Part shown: piece after piece, positions 51,824 through 61,398 of the stretch | Layout of the letters: the number at the start of each line of letters is the position of its first letter | How positions within the stretch are numbered: position 1 is the first letter of the stretch | From: an uncultured delta proteobacterium | Lineage (GTDB): Bacteria; Desulfobacterota; Binatia; UBA9968 | NCBI GenBank assembly: GCA_963745035.1 | Contig: CAVUVW010000013.1 | Location: forward strand, 928,001 to 992,000 | Direction: 5' to 3' | DNA: 64,000 nt | Notes under the pieces: generated by a model | Told to the model about the DNA's origin: nothing | The model's input: the letters and a program-made list of their open reading frames with translations, nothing else | Databases searched by the model: none | Translations under genes and position numbers: made by a program

Positions 51824-52327
51824 ATGTCTGACGAAGCAACGGCAATCCAGAAAGCAGAGCACAAAGGCCCAGGCGGTGCACGTGCCGGCGCCGGTGCGCC
51901 CAAGGGCAACGGCAACCGCCGAACGCACGGCCTTAGATCATTACAGAAGGCATGGTCACAGCTTGGCAACCGGGTGATCGATGGGCGATCCCCCGCGGCC
52001 GTGGCGCTTCGGAAGTGGCGCGCGAATGTGATTGAGGATCTTGGTGGCCGGGAAGCGATCAGCACGCAACAAGAAGCGCTGATAGACCTGGCGTGCAAGA
52101 GCAAACTGCTACTGGATAGCGTCGACGCCTGGCTGATGACTCAGCCAAGGCTGGTTAATGCGCGCAAGCGTTCTCTCATCCACGTAGTTCTTCAGCGCCA
52201 GACCCTTGCCGATGGTCTTGCGCGTTATCTTTCGCAGCTTGGACTTGAGCGCCGGCGCAAAGTGAAAACCATCACCGACCTGCTCAACGGCGATACCGAG
52301 CAGCCGCAAGGCGACACCCGCCAATGA
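51824..52327 (+). CDS. Putative terminase small subunit
   Basis: GGARAGAGAPKGNGNRRTHG motif and LGLERR C-terminus; upstream of TerL. Confidence 0.65.
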   Translation: MSDEATAIQKAEHKGPGGARAGAGAPKGNGNRRTHGLRSLQKAWSQLGNRVIDGRSPAAVALRKWRANVIEDLGGREAISTQQEALIDLACKSKLLLDSVDAWLMTQPRLVNARKRSLIHVVLQRQTLADGLARYLSQLGLERRRKVKTITDLLNGDTEQPQGDTRQ

Positions 52328-52332
52328 CCGCG

Positions 52333-52668
52333 TTAACGGAGAAAACGCATCCTGGGCAGATTGGGACGGGAGCTGTATGGAACGGTTACATGTGGCAAAA
52401 CGGAGAGCTTTTCCAAGTAGATAGTTCCGCTCCGGCACCTCACGTACACCGCCTGGCAGGTTGCACACACAAGCGCACTTTCAAGCGCTCTTTTCCGGAG
52501 AAATATGAGTGCTCCTTGGGTGTGGCTGGAAAGTCGAGAATATTCCGATCTTTCAAGCGGCCTTTGGATTCCGTCTTTACAATTGCTCGGGCATCTACTT
52601 TTCATATCGGCCTTCAGTTTTTGTACGTTCGTACTTTCTCCGCAATCGCGGGGGCAATCCTTTCTCAT
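52333..52668 (-). CDS. Small Cys-pair (Zn-binding?) hypothetical protein
   Basis: CPSNC...CATC; lies between 16-bp direct repeats. Confidence 0.4.
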   Translation of the reverse strand: MRKDCPRDCGESTNVQKLKADMKSRCPSNCKDGIQRPLERSEYSRLSSHTQGALIFLRKRALESALVCATCQAVYVRCRSGTIYLEKLSVLPHVTVPYSSRPNLPRMRFLR

Positions 52669-52709
52669 AAAGCCGGTGACGAATCAAGCCCACGTTGGAG
52701 CACACACGA

Positions 52710-53063
52710 ATGACCGCGTTAACGCAGCCGGTTGACGAGACCGGCCCTGTCACAGGCGCAAAGCGCACAGAAGGCGTCAATCTAGTCGTTACGACTAGCA
52801 GGGAGCATTTTGAGCAATGTGCTAACCCGTTTTGCAGGACCGCTATCCACTCCCTGAACTCGGGACGCTGGCGACGGACCCGGCGGCGCTTCTGTTCTGA
52901 CATCTGCAAGTATGACTTTCACGCGTTGAAGCGCATCAAGCCGTTACTCGCCAAGGTTGGCGTGATCCGGTTTCACGAACTGCTGGACGAATTTGGGAAG
53001 GCCACGGCGTCACGGCGCTCAGAGCACGGAGAACCGCCAAGAATCAACGCACAACGCCGATGA
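52710..53063 (+). CDS. Phage Zn-finger-like hypothetical protein
   Basis: CANPFC...RRFCSDIC; GGAG upstream. Confidence 0.6.
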   Translation: MTALTQPVDETGPVTGAKRTEGVNLVVTTSREHFEQCANPFCRTAIHSLNSGRWRRTRRRFCSDICKYDFHALKRIKPLLAKVGVIRFHELLDEFGKATASRRSEHGEPPRINAQRR

Positions 53064-53081
53064 AGGGGTTAGGTCCGGTCA

Positions 53082-53252
53082 ATGACGTTTATCCGCCCCA
53101 CGCTGGAAGATGGCCGACATGTGCTTATCCGGGCTGATCTTATCCAGCAGGTAAGGCAACGCGAGACCGGCGCCGAGATATGGCTACCCACCGCCGTTGT
53201 GGCCGTAGTCGACACCATCGACCAAATACAGGCCATGCTGAGGGACTTATGA
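53082..53252 (+). CDS. Small phage hypothetical protein (56 aa)
   Basis: MTFIRPTLEDGRHVLIRADLIQQV...VVDTIDQIQAML, translated by hand (below the ORF-track cutoff). Confidence 0.5.
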   Translation: MTFIRPTLEDGRHVLIRADLIQQVRQRETGAEIWLPTAVVAVVDTIDQIQAMLRDL

Positions 53253-53333
53253 CCGACGCCAACGTCAAGCGCCTGTTTCCCCGCTCAGCGGTTGGCCAGC
53301 ATCAAGGCGCGCGCAGAGAAAAAAGGCATCCCG

Positions 53334-53540
53334 CTATGAGCGAATCAGCAACCAAAGAAGATGCAAAAATCCACGTCCCCAAGTGCCGTTTGGACTTACC
53401 CAATAGCGGGAGTTGCAATCACGGCAGGCAATTAGCTGTGCATTTATGAGGCTGCTCAACAAGAGTTCCCAGCGGCTGCGATGAGAGCGCTCGAAGCTAT
53501 GACTGCGGCAATGCGGGCATGAATACAACACAGTGACCAC
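53334..53540 (-). CDS. Small zinc-ribbon protein
   Basis: CPHC...CRDC. Confidence 0.5.
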   Translation of the reverse strand: MVTVLYSCPHCRSHSFERSHRSRWELLLSSLINAQLIACRDCNSRYWVSPNGTWGRGFLHLLWLLIRS

Positions 53541-53560
53541 CGATTATCACACAGGATCCA

Positions 53561-55038
53561 ATGGCCATGACCAAACTGATTAACCCTATCACCTTCATCG
53601 ACAAGCTGGTTAAGAAAAACGAGCTTGGCCAGCCCTTCACGCTCAGCGATCACCAGCGGGAAATCCTGCGACTTGCCTTCGCCTTCGGTCCAGATGGCCA
53701 CCTTCAATACGACACGGTCGTTTACAGCTGCCCCAAGAAGAGCGGCAAAACCCTCGTGAACGCCGCGGTAACGCTCGCCTGGGCCTTCACTCAGGAAGCG
53801 CCGAACGAAATACTAATCCTCGCCAATGACATGGAGCAGTCCTTGGCGCGCGTCTTCCGCACTATGGAAGGCATCATCCAGCACAACCCCGAGCTACGGC
53901 GGGAAGCCGAAGTACAGGCCAAAACGATCTATCTCGCCAACGGCACGATCTTGACGGCCATTAGCGGCGATTACCAGGGCGCCGCGGGCAGCAATCACGG
54001 CTTTGTGAGCTATGACGAGCTTTGGGGTTACACGTCTGAAGCATCCATCCGGCTATGGGAAGAGTTAACGCCGGTTCCCACACGCAAAAACTCTATCCGG
54101 TTCATCACGACCTATGCCGGTTTTGAAGGCGAGTCGAAATTGCTTTGGGACCTATACCGCCAGGTGATGAGCCTCGATGAGCACCCGGAGGGACAAGGCG
54201 AGCGCCTTCACCCCGATTTGCCGATCTTCGGTAACCGCGAAGCCCGGATCTTCGCCTACTGGGACCATGAACCGCGCATGCCGTGGCAGACAGAGGCTTA
54301 CTACGCGAGCCAGAAACGCGTTCTCCGCCCCGGTACGTATCTCCGCCTGCACGAAAACAAGTGGGCGAGCGCGGAAGAGATTTTTATTTCCGGCAATCTT
54401 TGGGACCCATGCATCGTCCGCACTCCGCTGCCGGCCTTTACGGGCCCTGTGCAGCAGATTGTGGCCGACCCCTATCAGCTGCACAGATCGATCACGACGC
54501 TCAAGAACGCCAGCATTCCGATCAAGGAATTTCCCCAGACGCAAGCGAACTGCACGCTCATGGGGCAAACCCTCTTCGACCTGCTCAACGCAATCTGGTG
54601 ATGTATCCGGCCGATGATCTACGGAGCCAGGCGCTAAGCACCATTGCCGTCGAGCATCCCCGCGGCTGGAGAATCGCGAAGGAAAAGGCATCGAAGAAGA
54701 TCGACGCCATTGTCGCCTTGGCCATGGCGTGCTGTGCCGCAATCGAGCGCGGCAAGACACCCGGGCTTTTCGTCGGTGTGGATGCCGGCATCAAGCATGA
54801 CTGCGCGGCCGTGGTTGCCGTGGCGTGGGGCAAAGAGGCGGACAAATTGTATTTGGTGAGTCATAAAATCTGGAAGCCCACGCCGGAGAACCCGCTGGAT
54901 ATTGAGAACACAATTGAGTGGTATCTCCGCCAGCTCTACACCCAACACCATCACGGGCTCACGGGTGTCGGGAAAGTCCAAACCGACTACGACCCGTTTG
55001 AAAGAGCGAAGGAGCAAGAGCGGAGGCTCGATGGCTGA
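53561..55038 (+). CDS. Terminase large subunit (Terminase_1 type); frameshift near 54590 and reordered nuclease motifs
   Basis: Walker A PKKSGKT, Walker B YDELW, ITTYAG, DPYQ, EFPQ, KIDAIVALAMA, VGVD..IKHD. Confidence 0.88.
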
Positions 55039-55222
55039 GTGCCAAGCCGAGAAGTGCCCGATGGGCAGAGTAGCTAACCGCCACGATGGGATGGACCCGT
55101 ACTGCTTTTGGGTGTGCGGTTTACGGCCGCCTGAGCCAGCCAAAATCGTGGCCATTACCGAAGGGGTGCGGGAATCGGAAAACGTTGCTAGCGAATACGA
55201 CCCGTATCGCGAAAGGTGGTGA
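55031..55222 (+). CDS. Small Cys-rich hypothetical protein
   Basis: GGAGG RBS; MAECQAEKC...YCFWVC. Confidence 0.5.
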   Translation: MAECQAEKCPMGRVANRHDGMDPYCFWVCGLRPPEPAKIVAITEGVRESENVASEYDPYRERW

Positions 55223-55283
55223 GAGCATAGCTAAGTATCAAACCGAAGTGACCGCCTATTAACCCACAACCAAAGAGGGAAAA

Positions 55284-55721
55284 ATGATCTTCGACAAACA
55301 AAATAGCTTCGATGAAAACGCGGCAATCACCGTGACGCGGGACTCGACCAACATTATTGACCTCGGTGTGGCCACACCGAATATTGCCGGGAGCGTGGTC
55401 GGGACACTAGATATAGCGATCATCGTGACAGAGACCTTCACCGCCGATGGTGCGGCAACGCTCCAGATATGCTCAGCGACGGCCGATAATGAGTCTCTGG
55501 ATACGCCGACGCTTCTGGATCGGGTGACGTTGGCTCTCGCGGATTTAGCCGTAGGCCGTCCTCCAATCGTCCTTCAACTTCCGCAAGCGACGATCCAGCG
55601 CTATCTCGGCCTTATCTACACCGTCGCCACCGGTCCGATGACCGCCGGAAAGATCACGGCCAGGATCGCGGCTGATGTGCAGTTGAGCCACGCGTACCCA
55701 AAAAACTTCGTGGCTGTCTGA
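55284..55721 (+). CDS. Bbp16-like capsid cement/decoration protein
   Basis: MIFD...F....AIT....STN.IDLG; RYLGLIYTV..GPMTAGKITA. Confidence 0.82.
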   Translation: MIFDKQNSFDENAAITVTRDSTNIIDLGVATPNIAGSVVGTLDIAIIVTETFTADGAATLQICSATADNESLDTPTLLDRVTLALADLAVGRPPIVLQLPQATIQRYLGLIYTVATGPMTAGKITARIAADVQLSHAYPKNFVAV

Positions 55722-55762
55722 GGTTCTACTAACCTACAAACTCAAAGAAGGAGAAAACGACC

Positions 55763-55975
55763 ATGGATCAATCAGAAATCTACCGCGAGCAGCGCAAGCG
55801 CGACGATGAAATTCTTGCGGGCGTGCAGCCGCGAATGAAGGCACCGGCGGGTTGCAAGCACCCTGAAGATTGTCAGCTGGCGAAATTGCGAAACCAGTGC
55901 GGCGCCAGCTTTCCGTCATTCTGTTACTCGAATTGCCAGCTGCCGGGCGCGATCAACGATCCGGCGAGGAAGTAG
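55763..55975 (+). CDS. Small Cys-rich hypothetical protein
   Basis: AAGGAG RBS; five Cys residues. Confidence 0.55.
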   Translation: MDQSEIYREQRKRDDEILAGVQPRMKAPAGCKHPEDCQLAKLRNQCGASFPSFCYSNCQLPGAINDPARK

Positions 55976-55981
55976 GCTACC

Positions 55982-56614
55982 ATGGAAACACCAGAACGAA
56001 GCATCGCGGATATACTGTATCCGTCGCAGAATCAGGATCGGCCGGCAGCTCAGCCAGGTGCAGCAGAGCGCACGGTTGCGGAAGTGCTGTACGGGAAGGA
56101 ACCCGCCAAGGAACCCGCGAAGGAAGCGCCAAAGGCCGAGCAGCCCAAGAGCGACAAGGCAGACGGCAAAAATTACCTTGACAAACTGGCCGAGGATGCG
56201 GTCGCCGCGGATCGCTACGATTTGAAGCTTCCCGATGGGGTCCTTGTCGACGAGCCGTTGATGCGTGATTTTAACAAGCTTGCGCGCGAGCACGGGTTCA
56301 ACAACGACCAGGCGCAGCGCTGGGCGGACTTGCACCTTCGCGCCATTGGAGACGTGCACCGGCAGGTCGCCGAATACGAACAGGTCAGCGAGGACCGTTA
56401 CACCGAGGTCAAAGGCTGGGAGACGGAATTTCAAAACGATCCGGAGTTTGGCGGCGCTAATGCCAAGGAGACGATAGCGCAGGCGCGCCAGGCGCTCGAA
56501 TCATTCGGCACACCCGAAGAAGTCGCGCGGCTAACAAAAGAGCTTGAGCGCACCGGGCTCGGCAATCATCCGATTCTCATCAAGGGATTGGCAAAGTTAG
56601 CCCAATATCTTTGA
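55982..56614 (+). CDS. Phage head scaffold-like protein (epsilon15/BPP-1 type)
   Basis: YDLKLPDG, A.E.G....QAQ, W.....DPEFGG, FGTPE, TGLGNHP. Confidence 0.78.
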   Translation: METPERSIADILYPSQNQDRPAAQPGAAERTVAEVLYGKEPAKEPAKEAPKAEQPKSDKADGKNYLDKLAEDAVAADRYDLKLPDGVLVDEPLMRDFNKLAREHGFNNDQAQRWADLHLRAIGDVHRQVAEYEQVSEDRYTEVKGWETEFQNDPEFGGANAKETIAQARQALESFGTPEEVARLTKELERTGLGNHPILIKGLAKLAQYL

Positions 56615-56652
56615 GAGCATCGGCGACGGCCGCATCCGTCACGGCGGGCCGC

Positions 56653-57609
56653 CTGACTTTGAGACCTTGAAAAACCTGCCGCCGATAACGACCAAATCGG
56701 ATTTTGACTGTCGGGCGGCACCGTGGGGAAATTGGGACCCGCGGCGCCGGGTATGGTGCGATGCTGGTGGAGGCTAGGAGAGATGGCGCCTGGCGGGTGA
56801 ACTAGCACTTCGCCCTGAGTGGAGAGTCGCAACGACCCTACGCCCTCAACGCAGCTCGACAAATAGCCAACGGGACAGTGGAGGCCTCGGCCCTTATTTT
56901 TTTACCAAACGCGCAGTAAAAACCGCCATCGGGCAGACGGCGCAACTCAAAGCATAAAGTGCCCTGCAATCTGTCCACTACCTCCCAGGCGACAGCGATG
57001 TCGGTGGAAGGGCAAAACTCAGACTTACGGCGATACCCACTGTCAGTAGCCCACGGAATTATGCCGTCAATCCATGTACCCGTAGCATTTCGCCACCCCA
57101 TCACTTTTCCGGCAATCAACGCATCTAGTTTTCGCCCGGCTCTCATTTCATCAGTATCCATGTCCATGCGTCTCCAAATTCTGGCTCCTACACCCAAACG
57201 CAAACCCGTGCGGCTTCACGCTTCGACGTGGTCCAGCTCTGGATGACCAATACGTCCCAGACCAGGGCACCGTGCAAAAGATGTGGTGAGGAATTATGAC
57301 TGTACCATGCCCGAAGAAGAAACAGTACCTTCCGTGATTTTTGGTAGTGTCTCAAAACGCCAGCGGTGCCGAGTCCAGGGCGGCCAGGACGCTCATCGCA
57401 ATCGTTGTTGAATAAAAACAGAGCAAAAATGTAAGGCTGGCTAGGACAGCTTTGCAGAAGGTTTTCATGGTGCGCCCTCCCCGTTGTCGGTAACTGGAAG
57501 CGGCGCTGCTATACTCTCATTCGGGATTCAGGGCAAACACCATTTTAGGCCCTCTGACTTTGAGAGGTTAAAAAACCTGTCTCCGATAACGACCAACCAG
57601 GATTTTGAC
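56653..57609. repeat. Pair of ~56-bp imperfect direct repeats (56653-56708, 57554-57609)
   Basis: ctgactttgaga..tt.aaaaacctg...ccgataacgaccaa...ggattttgac at both sites. Confidence 0.8.
56838..57167 (-). CDS. Phage ABA-sandwich domain (BC1872-like) protein
   Basis: GR.LDALIA.KVMGW, PSTDIA.AW.VV, PLAICRAAL. Confidence 0.75.
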   Translation of the reverse strand: MDMDTDEMRAGRKLDALIAGKVMGWRNATGTWIDGIIPWATDSGYRRKSEFCPSTDIAVAWEVVDRLQGTLCFELRRLPDGGFYCAFGKKIRAEASTVPLAICRAALRA

Positions 57610-57678
57610 GTGCGCCGATTGGCCGGGACGTGGGGAGATCCGCGGCGGCGGTGATGCAGAAACCGACCACGCTTAGCA

Positions 57679-57969
57679 CTAAAGCTCCAGGCCGCCAATG
57701 TCTTCGATGGACCGTCCAACGTGGGATTTCAAGAATACTGAGAAACGATGACAGAAGCGGGAGTTGTCAAAAATCAACCTGCCGAGATACGGAAGATCGT
57801 TGCTTGTAATGTAAATATAGAGGGCACGGGCTGACTTCGGGTCGTTGGCAACGTGTGTTAGAACCCCGATTTCGCCGGTCAGAGTTGTCTCGCCATATCT
57901 TTCCTTCCAGGCTGGCGGCCAAATTCGCCCCTTGGTGTTGCTCATTAGCGGATGATGCCGAACTTTCAT
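57679..57969 (-). CDS. Hypothetical protein
   Basis: Open frame; WPP.W and G.SI.DIG.LE motifs. Confidence 0.55.
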   Translation of the reverse strand: MKVRHHPLMSNTKGRIWPPAWKERYGETTLTGEIGVLTHVANDPKSARALYIYITSNDLPYLGRLIFDNSRFCHRFSVFLKSHVGRSIEDIGGLEL

Positions 57970-58116
57970 TGAGAAACCCTTATCACGTCGGTTCGCTGGC
58001 GTATATCTCTCTCATCTGCGCTAACAAATGTTTTTCGGCTGACGATGGGCATCCGATAAAGTACGAAATTACACTGGGTCTATTTTGAAAAAAGCTTGAC
58101 TCAAGGGGATTCGGTT

Positions 58117-58290
58117 TTAAGTGAAACCGGTGATGTGATGCCAAGGCACGGTTTCACCGTCTGGCTTATTCTGGCAGTGTGGGCAAGCTGCTTCTCTGGC
58201 GTATTGGATGATTCTTTCGCCGGGCTTCAATTCAACCTCGAAAGTCTCCCGGCACTTCTGGCATCTCAATGTCCATATCCCCCGGTCCAT
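58117..58290 (-). CDS. Small zinc-ribbon protein
   Basis: GGAGG RBS; CQKC...CPHC. Confidence 0.55.
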   Translation of the reverse strand: MDRGIWTLRCQKCRETFEVELKPGERIIQYAREAACPHCQNKPDGETVPWHHITGFT

Positions 58291-58762
58291 AGCTTTATTG
58301 TCCCCTCCGCGCGTAAGAGCCGTCGAGTACGCAAGAATCCGAAGCAAGTGTCAACGGGAACTTTGCAATGTCCGTAAGACGACAAATAAAGTCGTCTATC
58401 TTTTACCCTCTCGCGATTTTTGTTTGCTGACTTTTTCGAGAGCCTTCTGGATTTCGAGGATTAGTTTTTCCTGTTTCTCTGAAAGCTTTTTGGACTGCTC
58501 TAACAGCCTGCGACTACTTTCTAACAGCTGCTCTACTTCCTTCGGCATTCGGACATGATACTATCTCGGGTTTGGTCAGCCAAGTATGTTGTTAGAAGAA
58601 TGCACGAGACTAGAAGTCGAGATGTTCCGAGAAAACAAATAGAACTGCACCACTACTTCTTCTCCCCCGCAAGAAGCGCCGGACCCTTTCGAGCCCGGCC
58701 CCCTTATGCAAAACCAGTTAAACTTGCGCCGCGGTTCTCTTCCCGTGTAAGAAATATTCCCG

Positions 58763-59433
58763 ATGTACGGGCACGAAACATCCATAGAGCGGCGCTACAA
58801 AGGCTTTCGCATCTACGGCGACGCGCGTAGCGTGCACAATGAGTCGCCGCGATGGTTCGCGGTCGGCCAAGTTTTTGTCGACATGCCGAACGGCTCGCTC
58901 TATGGCGTCGAAAACTTCTCGGACCCATCTTTGGCCTATGAGGACGAGGAGCTGGCGGCGTGGTTTGGCCTAGGCCTGGCGGAAATCGTGGTGGATCACC
59001 TGGTGCCGCCAGCGGAGTACTACTTGACGCCGATGAATCCGGCATGGGCGGTGGATCTGCTGCGCCGCGGGGCGCGGGACGTGGGCAAGCTCCAGTTGGT
59101 GAAACTTTACGAGGGGATGAAGTATCTGGAAAAGTCGCTCGACGAAAGCCGTGGCTGGTGCGCCGCTATCGCCGCACGCTGGAGGGCGACACCCGCAACG
59201 AGAGCGACGAAAAACGGAATCGCCGTCGGCTCGGCCTCATGGCGCGGGAGATTGAGCGCGTTTGCGTGGAAAAAATCGTCGGCGGAAATGAACGAATCGG
59301 CGCGCCGCTACCGCGAGAACAAGCGCAAAATCGACTGGCTCCGGCGCGTGCTGGAGCTGGTGCGCGCGCCAGTGAGTCATTCGCGCACTACCCGGTGCGC
59401 TTCTTTATCCTCTCGCAAACCTGCAAAGCTTGA
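58763..59433 (+). CDS. Hypothetical protein, apparently frameshifted
   Basis: Protein-like sequence shifts between ORFs 58763 and 58960 near 59145 (KPWLVRRYRR..). Confidence 0.45.
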
Positions 59434-59692
59434 ATGCCTGAGATGGCCGTCGGGCGTCCACTCGGTAAACTCGATCTGAGCGACGAGCGCCACCGGTTAA
59501 CGCTCCAGCGGCGCGCCCGCGCTTAGCTCGCCTCCAACTACTACGGAATGGGTTCTTACCTGTGGGTCTGCGATCTGCTCGACGTTGAGCCGTCATGGAT
59601 TCGCCGGCGCATGATCCGAGTGTTGAACACTGGCGAGGTGGGCAAGCAGGGCGACGGCGCATTCAGCGTGGCGCGGCTGGCGGCGATTGTGA

Positions 59693-59968
59693 TCAGAGGC
59701 GGGAACTGCTTTCCATTCTTCGGTCTTCAATGCTTAAACCGTCCGGCCGACAGCGAATTTGAGCGAGAAAATCTGGACGAATCGCGAACATATGTTTGAG
59801 CAAGTCTAATTTCTCGGCTCCACAGAGGATGCGAACAACAACGGCACCATTCTCATCATAAACGACGATGCCGTTTTTCAACAAAGAGTATTGGGGTGAC
59901 CGCCGGGTAAATTTCGCGACGCAACGTAAGTAAATCGCGATGGGAATTTCAACGATAAATTCTTGCAT
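59693..59968 (-). CDS. Hypothetical protein
   Basis: Open frame with GGGGGA upstream; Y.LLKNGI motif. Confidence 0.45.
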   Translation of the reverse strand: MQEFIVEIPIAIYLRCVAKFTRRSPQYSLLKNGIVVYDENGAVVVRILCGAEKLDLLKHMFAIRPDFLAQIRCRPDGLSIEDRRMESSSRL

Positions 59969-60262
59969 AACTTATCCCCCCAAAGCGTGCCGTTAATAGC
60001 ACTATACGTAGTAAAGTCCAACCTCTTTTTTAGCGGCGACGTAAAAGATGTGCCTCCTGCACTTCAAGCCGCAGCATACGGCTATCCTTGCGAACTATGC
60101 ACCATTTTTGTGAATTATGCACCATTTTTGCCGATGTGGTCTCTCTTTCAAACAGTTGTTTGTGCTCCAGAAAGTCCTAGAAACTCCTTAATCCTACGCT
60201 TCGAGGTTACGGCAAAATCTTTGCTTTCAACTCTTCTGATCGAGGTTGGTTGATATAACACA

Positions 60263-60622
60263 GTGATCCTACTCGTTGAAGACAATGCGATAAGCAGGCA
60301 TGCGCTTGCTGCGATCCTTGTTAGATGGGGGCACGAGGTTATCCAGGTATCAGACGGCGAGCACGCGATTACCACGCTCGCAGAAGGGCACCCGATCACA
60401 CTAGTGATCACGGATTTGGCAATGCCCAAAATGACGGGTTTCGGTGTGCTCACCCATATCCATCAAAGATGGCCAAACCTTCCGGTAATCTTGACTACGG
60501 GTTACCTCTCGCCCCAAGTGGCAGAGTCAATCCTGAATGAGAATGTTAAATTCCTTTCTAAGCCGATAGACTTGAATGAGCTGCTCACCACTATTGAAGG
60601 ATTCACCGCTCCCAGTGTTTAG
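60263..60622 (+). CDS. Stand-alone response regulator receiver
   Basis: LLVED, ITDLAMP.M.G, ILTTG, FL.KP. Confidence 0.92.
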   Translation: MILLVEDNAISRHALAAILVRWGHEVIQVSDGEHAITTLAEGHPITLVITDLAMPKMTGFGVLTHIHQRWPNLPVILTTGYLSPQVAESILNENVKFLSKPIDLNELLTTIEGFTAPSV

Positions 60623-60640
60623 CGCAAAGAATGTCTGGGG

Positions 60641-61102
60641 ATGAGCTACGTCTGGTGCTCGTGTTCCCCAGCGGCTTTTGGACCTATGTCACACGCTAAA
60701 GCCCTACGAGTGATCGGGCAGACACTCGATACTGCCGGGATAACGACGTTCAAGTTGCACAAATGTGCGGAGTTTTACCGCTTATGGACCGCCGAGTATG
60801 TGTTCTGCTTCGCGGCAAATGATATTTGCCGTCTCGATAGCAAGGCGCAAAAGAGACGAAAAAACAATTCAACGCCAATCCGATCAACATTGCTCTCTCA
60901 TCAGCTGCGGGCTTTGGGCGATTATCTTGATAGAAGGGAAGTAACCACGTTTCGCATCGTGTGGACGGCTGATTCTGCTCTTTTAGATTACGAACAACTT
61001 GACGGAGACCGAACAAGTAAGGCTTTTACACCTGAAGAATTGCGACAGCTGGGTCTACACCGAAGTTTGTTCCGCTCCAGCCAGTATCTTCTGCATCCCT
61101 GA
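60641..61102 (+). CDS. Hypothetical protein with an internal repeat
   Basis: LRVIGQ.LD / LRALGDYLD duplicated motif; start possibly 60686. Confidence 0.65.
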   Translation: MSYVWCSCSPAAFGPMSHAKALRVIGQTLDTAGITTFKLHKCAEFYRLWTAEYVFCFAANDICRLDSKAQKRRKNNSTPIRSTLLSHQLRALGDYLDRREVTTFRIVWTADSALLDYEQLDGDRTSKAFTPEELRQLGLHRSLFRSSQYLLHP

Positions 61103-61398
61103 TAGTATTCGCATCGCGGACGACCGGTTGATTTTTTAGCTGCCCAATCACTCTCTGCTTACCTCAAGCTTGAAGACTACGCGGGCCGCTGATAATTGGT
61201 TTTTTTCTTGTTGCCTGCAATACTGCCAGCAGAGACGCCTACCTCATTCAGATCAGGCAGATCGATGAAGCCTATCGAAATCAGGAAATTTCTAAGGCCG
61301 AGTATCTTAGCCTCAAAATGCAAGCGGAGAACGCTTATCTGCAAAGAAAAACAACAATCGCAGCGGGGGGCAATCTCTTCCCCTCGCTGACGAAATCT

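Noticed and set aside
54440-54958. CGGGC microhomology near the three TerL rearrangement junctions
   Set aside because: A 5-6 bp GC-rich match is expected by chance, and the frames are not consistent.
55284-56614. Diversity-generating retroelement suggested by BPP-1-like genes
   Set aside because: No reverse transcriptase and no TR/VR pair with adenine-specific mismatches.
56653-57609. CRISPR array or integron attC sites
   Set aside because: Only two copies about 900 bp apart, no cas or intI gene, and no attC-type inverted core ends seen.
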